From a bacterium (GTDB taxonomy: Bacteria > Elusimicrobiota > Elusimicrobia > UBA1565 > UBA9628), in NCBI GenBank assembly GCA_021782205.1, contig JAJXVH010000009.1:3432-67431 (forward strand): a DNA stretch of 64,000 nt, read 5' to 3'. Positions 52,594-62,500 of the stretch are shown here, piece after piece. The notes below the pieces were generated by a model that had not been told where the DNA came from, made no database searches, and saw nothing but the letters and a program-made list of their open reading frames with translations. How positions within the stretch are numbered: position 1 is the stretch's first letter; the number at the start of each line of letters is the position of its first letter. The translations under genes and the position numbers were made by a program.

Positions 52594-53493
52594 ATGGGAA
52601 GACCGCAGAGAATACAATTCGCCGGGGCCTGCTATCTGGTCGCGCTGCAGGGCAACAATCGCCAGGACCTGTTCGTTTCCAACCAGGACCGCCGCCTGTT
52701 CCTGGCCCAACTGAAGGCCTACAAGGAACGTTTCGCTCTCAAGGTCTACGCCTACAGCCTGCTCGGCCGCTCGGCCAGCCTCCTCTTCGAGACCACGCGG
52801 CCCAACTTGTCGGCCGCCATGCAGGGCCTGAACACGCAATACACGAAGTCTTTCAACGCCGCGCACGGCACCGTCGGGCACGTGTTCCAGGGCCGCTACA
52901 AGGCCTGGGTCGTGGACAAGGACACGCACCTGGCGGAGATGACGCGCTGGGTCCACCTGGAATGCGCGCGCGAGGGCCTCTTGGACAAGCCTTGGCGCTA
53001 CCAGTGGTCGTCGTGCGCCGCCTACGTCGAGGCCCAGCACAAGGATCCCCTGGTGGACTCCGCCGCCGTCCTGCAGAATTTCGGCCACGCGCGTCTGAAG
53101 CAGTCGGTGCGCTACCTGCAATACCTCCAGGAGCGTCCGGCCTCGGCTCAAGACAGCCTGCCCGTCGTCGGCGGCGTGGCCATCGGCGGGCCCGAGTTCC
53201 TGGACCGCGTCGGCGCGTGGCGCGCCACACCGGCCCAGCGTCCCGTGCCCGTGGAGGCCGCGCGCCGGATCATCGCCGAGGTCGCCACCCGACGCGGGAT
53301 CAGCGAAGAGAAGATCCTGGGCCGCGTGCAGTGGCGCGAGGTGTCCTCCGTGCGCCGCGAGGCCGTCCACCGGGTCTGGCGCGAGACGCGCATGGGCGTG
53401 ACCGAGCTGGCGCGCCTGTTCCAGCGCACGCCCAGCGCCATCAGCCAAACCCTCCGCGCGCTGGAAGATTCGCGCCCTTCTTCAATGAATTGA
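52594..53493 (+). CDS. IS200/RAYT-like (COG1943-type) Y1-transposase homolog with a degenerate HUH motif, fused to a DnaA-C-like HTH
   Basis: The overall pattern matches the family (RPQRIQFAGACY...RQDLF...VYAYSLL...GHVFQGRYKAWVV...WRYQWSS). The expected N-H-x-H-LL is GRSASLL, and Y-I-H-x-NP is WVHLEC. C-terminal RETRMGVTELARLFQRTPSAISQTLRAL. Confidence 0.65.
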   Translation: MGRPQRIQFAGACYLVALQGNNRQDLFVSNQDRRLFLAQLKAYKERFALKVYAYSLLGRSASLLFETTRPNLSAAMQGLNTQYTKSFNAAHGTVGHVFQGRYKAWVVDKDTHLAEMTRWVHLECAREGLLDKPWRYQWSSCAAYVEAQHKDPLVDSAAVLQNFGHARLKQSVRYLQYLQERPASAQDSLPVVGGVAIGGPEFLDRVGAWRATPAQRPVPVEAARRIIAEVATRRGISEEKILGRVQWREVSSVRREAVHRVWRETRMGVTELARLFQRTPSAISQTLRALEDSRPSSMN

Positions 53494-53503
53494 AGCCTGG
53501 CAC
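53493..53503. repeat. 11-bp direct repeat AAGCCTGGCAC, right copy
   Basis: Overlaps or follows the TGA stop of the transposase-like gene. Identical to 52554-52564. Confidence 0.5.
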
Positions 53504-53591
53504 CGAGGGCCCTTAGTCCCAGGTCCCCGGGGGCCGTTTTCCCTGTCTTTTTCAGGCTTTCGGGGGCGTGCATTATTGGCGTACCGGAGCT

Positions 53592-56500
53592 ATGCTTCCG
53601 GTAATGAACCCGCGCCCGAAGCGAGGGGGGTGGACGCGTGCGGCGGCGGCCGTCGTCTCGGCTGCCGTGCTCATGACGTCGTTCGGCCCGGGGGCCGCGG
53701 CCGTCGCGGCGGAAATCGACCTGGACCGGCCCGTCGACGCCGCGCCCGCCGCGGGCTCCGCCCTTCCCGTCTTGCCGCCGGCGGCCGCGTCGCTGGCGCC
53801 GGCGCTGTCCGTCGCGTCGTTGGGCGCGCTTTCTCCGGCGTTGTCCGCGCCCGCTCCGGTGCCCGCCGCGGCGGCGCTGGGCGGGCATGACCGGCCGGTC
53901 GCCGTCGTCGCCGTCCCCAGCCTTCTGCCGGCTCCCGCGCCCGCCCTGGTTGCCGCGCCCGCCGCGGCGCTCTCGGCACCGGCCGACGAGGGGCCGATGT
54001 CCCGCGCGAGCGCCTGGTTGCGCGCCGCGACCGGACGCGCCGCGGCGCCCGGCGCCGTTCAGGTTCCGGACGCGGCCGCAGGGGCTTCCGCCGCCGCCGC
54101 GAAGTCCGCCGCCGACGCCTCCTTCCGGCGCCTGACCGGCGAGCAGTTCGCGCGCGAGGACGGCGACGTCTCCGACCCCGCCGCGATCGTGTCCGTGCGG
54201 CCCGAATCCGAGACGACGCGGCTTTCGGCCGCGTCGTCGGCGCGTCCGGGGGCGGGGCCGTCCGCGAGCGTTCCGCCCGCGCCGAGCGGCGCGAAAAGCG
54301 AAACTCCGAAATACCTGAGCGAGGATTTCCTCGGTTTCCGCACCGTGCGCGGCTTGACGCGCGCGCCGGGGCTGGGCCGCCTTCCGCGCGACGCGGACGC
54401 GGCGCGCGTGGTCGACCAGATCGCGGGCCAGTTCGGCCTGCCCCGTCGCGAGGTGCTGGAGCTGGCGCGCGGCTTCGGCCTGGATGAGACCAGCCCGCGC
54501 GAGAGCTGGCTGTCCGTCTACGACCGCCTGCAGGCGGTCAACCGCGACCACTTCAAGCGCCTGGACTCGCACAAATACAACGGGTTCGCGAGCTTCCGAG
54601 AGTTGACGAACTGGTCCTACGCGCCGGGCCTGCGCGGCGTCGGCGAGCGTCTGCTGGAAGTCCACAAGCTCTTTCTGGGCGTCGCGGTGCGCTTCCCGTA
54701 TCACCTGTTCGACATGTTCGTGTTCGGCTATTTCCGTCAGGCGATCTCCTTCGAGTTCTTCCACTCGGGCGAGGATTTCCTCGGCCTGTCGAAGGAGCCG
54801 GATCTGGCGCGTAAATGGCTGGAGGCGTCGTTGCGCCGTGAGCGCCTGCGCGGTCCCGGAACTTTGGGCCGCCTGCGCGCGCGCGCCTGGTTTCGCGAGA
54901 TCGAGCGCTGGTTCTTGACCCCGCTGGCGCGGCCGCTGGCCACGTTCCTGGCGCGCCGCCTGACGCTGGCGGTGCTGAGCGCCGTCGCCATGGGCCTTCT
55001 CGGCGCGTTCGCGCCGGTTCTGCCGCTTTCCTTTGCTCTGACCTCTATCCCGCTCCTCGGACCCGCGCTGATCTGGGGCCTCAACGGCCTGCCTGTCGTC
55101 GTCGGCGCCACGCCGCTGGTCGGCCATCTGCTGGCGCCCGTCGTGGCGGCCGCGGCGGGGGGCTTGGCGCGCGACTTGGTGGTGGGCCCCCTGCTCAACA
55201 CCATGATCCTCTCGACTTTGTTGACCTTCCCGGCCAGCGCGCGCGACGCGATCGCAAAAATCCGCGACCGCCACCCGTTGACCGACCTGACCGCCCGGGA
55301 GTGGCTGCACGCCATCGCCGGCACGGCGCTCTCGCGCGCCTTCTGGAGCGCCAACCTCAAGTCCTTCGTGGGCCTGGCGACCGTCGGCGCGGAGATCTCC
55401 GGCATCATGACCTACGCGGGGCAAATCGACGCCTCGATCAACCCCGCCTATCACGCCGTCACCGGCGGTCAGTTCCACCTGTTCGAGGCTGTGGGCTCCG
55501 CCGTGGAGCGGCCCAAGGGCCAGAGCGTGATCCCGTTCGGCGGCGCGATCACGTGGGGCAGCACCTTGCTCTTTAAATTGCAGGAGGTCAGCGGCCTCCA
55601 CATCTCCGACGCGGTCATGGGCGCGGCTCTGACCGTCAAGAGCGGCCTGGGCTTCGAGGACGCCGCGCACGTGGGCGAGGCGCGGGCCCCGGCGCAGGCG
55701 CTGGTGAGCGCGGCCGAGGCGCGCCCGGACTCGAAGATGCCTTTCGACGCCGATCTTTGGAAAAGCTCTCCGGCCGACGCGCTGGCGCGAATCCGGTCGC
55801 TGGCGGCGGGGGCGGGCGGTCTTTCGGCGGAGACCGCGGCGGTGGAGGCGCGCATGACCGCACTGCGCGCCAAGCTCGGCGACGCGGCGGCGCAGGAGGC
55901 CGCGCTGAAGGCGCAAAGCCGGCCGATCACGGCGGCGGAGCGCGCGCAGTACGCGGCACTCCTGCGCGAACTGGCGGCCAAGCGCGACGAGGCCTACGTA
56001 CAGGCCAAGCTCTCTGAAAAGCGCGACATCACCAACCCGACCGCCGCCGACCTGTCCGACCTGCGGCGGCTGAAGGCCCTGAGCGACCGCTACGGCCCGC
56101 TTCTGCCTCCGCCGCCGACGGACAAGGACGGCACGCCCGACGAGATGGCCGCGCGCGAGGCGGCCTACAAGGCTCTGGCCGCGCGCATCGACGGTGTACT
56201 CCATGGAGGAACGGGCGGCGTTGCGGGCCCGACCGTGACGCCGCGGCTCAGCCCGGACAAGGAAGCGGCGATCCAAGGTATGGTCGACCGCATTTATAAA
56301 GAACGCGAGCAGGTGAAGGCCGAACTGGCCCAGCGCGACGCGACTCAAGCCCTGCTCGCCGCGTCCAACCGTATCCGCAACCACGCGCTGGCGGATCGCC
56401 GCAACGGCCAGGGCATGATGCAGTTCCACACGGACTTCGCCAAGCTCGACAGCGTCGTCGACCTGGCTCTCTCGCTCAACGAGATCTCCGCCGCCGAGGC

Positions 56501-59500
56501 GGCGATCGCCAAGATGCAGGGCCTGCTCCAGCAGAGGACGACCGCGATCAACAGTTCGGCCGCGCAGAACCAGCAGAACCTGGCCGCCAACAACGCGACC
56601 GCCGCCCAGCAGGCCCAGTGGCAGCAGCAGGCCCAGCAGGCCGTCACGCTGGATCAGGCGTCCCAGAAGAGCTTGGCGGGCCTGCAGACCGAGGCCGCCA
56701 CCGCCACGCAGAACATCGGCCAGTTCCAGCAGACGATCGGCGGCTTTATTTCCGAGGTCAACGCTCAGGACAAAGGCCAAAGCGCCACCGCCGCGGCCGA
56801 ATACGCGCGCCGTCTGGCCCTTCTGCCCCAGGCCGCGCAGTGGGCGACGAGCGGCAACCCCAACGATCCGTCGGCGTTCTCGTTGTCCGGCTTCCAAGCC
56901 GACCTGACCGAGGTCAACTCGGCGCTGAGCCAGGCGCAGGCGGGCCTGGCCAAGATCCCGACCGTGCCGGTGGAGTTCGCGGGCGCGCTGGTCATCGCGG
57001 TGCCGGGCTCCGCCCCGGGGCAGCCGAATCCGACCGTGAGCAATCCGACGAAGGCCGAGGTGCTCCAGATCCTTTCCCAACGGCAGGCGGGCTGGCAAAA
57101 AGAACTGGCCACGAAACAGTCGTTTCTGACCCAGGTCAACCAGATGATGGACCCCAACTACACGGGCACGACGACCGACGCCTTCGGCGACGTCAACCCG
57201 GTGTCCTTGCCGCGCTGGCTGGCGCAGACGCAGACGGACCTGAGCGCCAAGCAGACGGCGGCCCAGCAACTGCTCGCCCAGTTGGACGCGACCGCCGCGC
57301 AGATCAACAAGGCCGCCGGTTCCAGCATCCCCATGCTGTCCGGGATGTCTTTGACGCAGTTGCAGACGGCCATCCAGAACTACGGCACCACCTTGGAGAG
57401 CGTCCAGTTCCCCAACGACGGCTCGGTGGCCACCTTCCAGGCCAAGATGGCGCTGATCACGGCGGCGCAGAACGTCCCGTTGGCCGCGCGCGCGATCGTC
57501 CAGTGGTCGCAGGACCAGGCGACCGTCACCGCGATCCAGACCGCGATGTCGACGACCTTGCCCAAGGTCCAGCAGTCCCTGCAGGGCTTGGTCAACATGG
57601 AGCAGGCGATTTTGGCCGATATCCAGGTCGATGTGAATTTCGTCAACACCGGCCAGGGCGGCGGCCAGGCGCTGATCGACCGCAAGACCGCGCTCCTGCA
57701 GAACACCATCATCCCGGCCCTGCAGAACGCCCAGCAGATGATCACCGGGACCTTGATCCCTTATCAGCAGAGCAGCGTCGCCTCCTACGCGGCCAACAGC
57801 AACGGCTCCTACTATACGCTGTTCACGGCCGAGCAGAACCTGCTGACCCAGACCAACAATCTCTACAACAACACGATCCCGTGGGCCGTCGTCACGCAGG
57901 GCGCGCCAACGGGCAACGCCGCGGCCGCGCACGCCAACATCGCCTCGTTCCGCCAGACCTTGCAGAACTACATGACCGGCTACACGGATTCAGCCGGCCA
58001 GCACGAAGGCATCACGCAGTACCTGCAGGACATGAAGGACCGCCAATGCACGTCCGGCTGCACGCGCACCGAGACGCTCTACGGCGAGGTTCAGCCCTAC
58101 AGCCTGCCGATGAAGATCACGCAGTATAACGCGGAAGAGGCCCAGCGCGCGACGCAGATCAACACCGAAGACGCCCAGATCAATCAGATCCTGACCCAGA
58201 TACAGACGTTGTCGAACGGGAAATACAATTTGCAGGCCTACATGCTGCCCGTCGGCGTGGGCGCCGACGCGGGCAGCGTGGCCAAGATGAACGCCATCGT
58301 CAACGCGAGCTTGATCCCGAACCTGGGCACCGAACTGCAGACCATCGCCAAGGCCGCCCAGGCCGCCGCGGGCTCGACGTCGATTTCCGTCGGCGCGGGC
58401 AGCGGCGGCGCGGTGCCGGTCGGCAAGCAGCCCTCGCCGACGATCTCGACCGACCAGCAGATCTCGATTCTGGCCCTGAACGCGGCCCAGCGCCTGGTGC
58501 CTTCCAGCATCGCCCAGCCCGCGGGTGCTCCGGCCGCCTACGCGGTCGCGCGCTACCTCTACGCCAACTCGGTGGTCACGGCCGCGCAGTCGGCGCTGAC
58601 CAGCCAGGTTCCGCAGGCGGTCGCGTTCCTGAACACGGCGTCCCAATCGCTGGGGGCCGCGATCGCCGACACGCAGATCGACGACGCCTATGTGAACTCG
58701 AACGGCACGAACGCGACTCCGGCCGCCGTCTACGCGCGCAAGACCGCGATCTACAGCCAGCTCAACGGCTTCCTCCAGCAGGCCGACGCGTTCTACGCGA
58801 TGAAGACCGGCTGGGACCAGCAGGCGTTCGGCACGCTGAACTCGGTGCAGACGTATTACAACTCGTTGGGCACGATCTACTCCAACGGCTCGGCGGTCAA
58901 CCAGAACGAGCTCACCGAGATCAACACGATGTCGCAGGCGCTGGCCACGACCCTGAGCGGCCTGCAGGCCACGCAGGCGAAGGTGCTGTCCTGGATGTCC
59001 CAGCTCGACCCGGCCCAGCAAAGCGCCCTGCGCAACGTCGCCGACGACGTGTCGAGGCTCCAGGACCAGACCAAGGCCGTCCTCGACGCCAACATCAACT
59101 GGCACCAGCTCGAAAACGACCTGTCGCGGTCGCAGCAGATCGTGCAGGCCGACCTGACCGGCGTCGACTCCGATCAGCAGAAGCTCACGCAGCTGCTGAC
59201 CGACCCCGCCGTCCAGGGCTCCCTGCCGCCGGACCTGGTGCGCCGCATCGAGGCCCTGCGCCTGGGCCAGGGCGGCGGCGCCTGGGCCATGGGCGGCGGC
59301 GACGGCGGGGCGACGCAGGCGATCGTGATCAAGAAGTCGGATTTCTCGTCCTTCCTCGATGCGATGCTGGGGATGGTCACGCAGAACTCGCAGAACATCG
59401 CCAATCAGGATATCTCCTCTCTCAAGAGCAGCCTGCTCTCCGACCCGGCGAACATTTCAAACTTCATCCCCGGCGCCAGCATCATGCAGTTCGGCGACAA

Positions 59501-62500
59501 CGCCGACGGCTTCTACCTGGTCTACCAGTCGAACTTCTCGGTGCCCAACGGTCTGCAGACCGGCACCTGGGCGACGCTGGGCAACGTCGCCCACGTCTGG
59601 GGCAACAACATCAGCGTCAACAGCTACGAGTTCACCAGCCCTCCCAGCGCCGGCGGCCAGAACGCGCCTTTCGGCGACAAGGGCGTGGAAGTCCAGGTCG
59701 AGTCCTTGCAGGGCCAGAACTGGGTCAACTACCTGAACGTTGACCTGCATCGTTTCGGCTTCGACATTCCGACCACGAACACCATCGGCTCCACGCTGAG
59801 CCCGTCGCGCCTGATGATCTTCGACGACTACGCGGTGATGCTGCTCAACAACAAGCTCTACGTGGGCCTGGCCGGCTACGGCGACGTCGCCGCCAACCAG
59901 CCGGGACAAAATCCTTACTTCTACGGCGGCAACCTCAAGACCTCGTTCAAGCTCAACGACGTGATGAGCCTGGACGCGTCCCAGCAGGCCTTGTTCATCA
60001 AGGATCCGCGCACGTTCTTGGAAACCGCGAATCTCAATTTCACGGGCTTCGACCCCAGCCTGAACCAGGACTTCCAGATTTCGGCCAACGGCGACAACAA
60101 ATACTACTCGCGCACGCAGATCGGCCCCACGTTCGACGTCAATCGGCTTCTCGGCAACGATACCGGCGACTCCTTTACCGTCAGCATGTACTACGCCAAC
60201 ACGCGCGGCACCGACGACATCCAGCAGCAGTCGCTGGGCACCACGATCGTCAAGGGCATCTCGATCAAGAACGACCAGGGCAAGACCTGGCTGCAGATCA
60301 ACAACAGCCTGACCGCCGAGGCGGGCCAGCAGGCCAATACCTTGGGCGACCAGATCGCGTTCACCTTGCCGGACAAGGGCATCACCTTGAGCGGCCAAGG
60401 ACAGATCATCGGCGGGGCGAGCACGTATTACGCCCAGTTGTCCAAGAAGCTCAGCGACAATTCCTCGGTCGACCTCGGCTACGGCTCCCAATACATCGGC
60501 ATGGGCAACCGCCTGTCGCTGACCATGAATACCTCTTTCACGCTCGCCCAACTGTGGCAGGCGGTGGCCGACCACGCGCATCAGGAACTTCAGGGCGGCC
60601 GGACCTTGGCGGCCTTCGACAAGGACATGACCGACTTCTTCGGTCCCAACGCGAAGGATGCCTCGCCGACGGTGCAGGCTCTAAGCCAGGTCTACGCGGC
60701 CGACGTCGCGCGCAAGCTGATCACGCAGGACATGGGCGGCCTGACCAGCGACATCGACGACCTGCGCAAGGCCGGCGCGTTCATGGACAACACGCGCACG
60801 CGCGGCATGATCGGCTTCGTCTCGCGCGCGGTCGACAACACCACCGCCGACCTGGCCGTCGGCGGCGGCCCGACCGTGGGCACGTACACGGAGATGACGT
60901 TGACCAAGACGCAGAAGACGCTGATCGAGGACAAGACTCTTTCTCTGACTCAGGAGGGTCTTAAGCTCCAGGATCGGCTCATCGCGCTGACCAAGGAATG
61001 GCAGTCGGACGTGGCCGCGCTTGCCGAGGCGCAATGGGACCTGCGCCTGGCCGACTACGAGGTGCGCAACGCGCCCAACGACGCCGTGCGCGCCGATGCG
61101 CGCGTGCGCCTCTCCGAAGCGCTGGACCGCTACAACCAGACGCTCGCGCGCTACAACGCGCTGGCCGGACGCGATCCGACGGCGGCTTCGCCGTTCGCCC
61201 AGCTCAACGCGGCCGACCTCCAACAGTTGATGGGCAACATCCGCGCGCTCGTCTCCGCGCCCGACCGCCTGACCAAGATCCTGGGCACGCTCAATCCCGA
61301 CGCGCTGCGCAAGGACGTCGGCGCCGTTCCGTTCAACGTGATGAACTGGCTGCCGTGGGTCGACCGATTGTCGGCCGGCTTCGGCGTGCAGTATCAGGAC
61401 ATGATGAACAATCAGGTGCTGACCATGGGCGTGTCGATGCGCCTGCCCATTTATGATCCTTCCTCCAAAGCCGCCGACCATTCCTATGTTTTGGAAAGCC
61501 AGGCGACCAACTTGGAGATCGATCAGCTTTACGCCGACCGCAACGTCCAGCGCCAGGCCGACCTGGACCGCGCGCGCGCCTGGCAGGCCGCCTCCGACGC
61601 GGCCGCGCCCCAAGGTCCGGCCGCGGCCGCGCGCCTGGGCGACGCGATCCGAGCCTACCGCAACGGATTGATCGGTCCCGACGGCCTGCGCCATGCGTTC
61701 GACGCGTGGCGCTGGTACGCGCAGACCGCGCTCGACGCCAGCGCCAACGCCTCCGTCGCCGCCGCCGCGGCCGCCATTGAGGAACCCGCTTCGCAGCACC
61801 AGCCCCTCCTGCCCTCCGGGCCTGCCCGCATCGCCTCGTTCGACGACGCCTACGCGTTGGCCGTCGCCGACTCCAAGAACCTGGGCGCGCTCGCCGACCG
61901 CGCGCAGGCGGCCGAGGAGATGGCGCGCTCTCAAGAGCACCGCATTCAGAAGGCGTGGCTGGACCTCAACGTCGGCGTCGGCCTGACGGATTCGGGACTG
62001 GGCTGGATACCGCAGATCGCGATCACCGGCATTCCGGTGACGCCGGTGTTCGGCTTCGAGTTCAAGCCCGAGGAGCTGCGCGAGCTGCAGGTAAGCCAGC
62101 ACGACCAGCAGGAGGCGTATTACCAGGCGCTCCAGGCCAGCCTGAAGACCGGCCTGGCCGTGCAGTTCTATCAAGAAGTCGTCGCCTACCGCACGGCGCA
62201 GAACGCCGTCGGTCTCTACGACTCGCGCGTGCTGCCGGCGCTGGCCGCGGCCGCCGCGGCGGGGGGCGCGGACGCGGCGCAGAAGCTCGATGATGCGCGC
62301 GTCAAGCGCGGGCTGGCCCTCTCCGCGCAGAACGCGGCCGCCGCGCAGTTGAACTTCCTTTTGGGCCGCGCCGCCGGGGCGCCTCTGGAAATCGACATGG
62401 ACCCGGTCCAGGCGCTGGCCGCGCTCAAGGCCTTGGTCGAGGCGCAGAGCCCCGTCGTCACGCAGACGCGCGTGCTGGACGCGCGCGTCGCCGTGGCGCG

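Noticed and set aside
53148-57932. 1594-aa minus-strand ORF, with similar ones at 57990-59105, 59457-60581 and 60681-63242
   Set aside because: Their translations are dominated by Arg/Gly/Ala/Pro/Asp runs (RRRGRKPRR..., GRGGRG...) with no motifs. This is typical of antisense shadow ORFs in GC-rich DNA. The + strand frame across the same span gives a continuous, protein-like sequence with recognisable TolC-like repeats.
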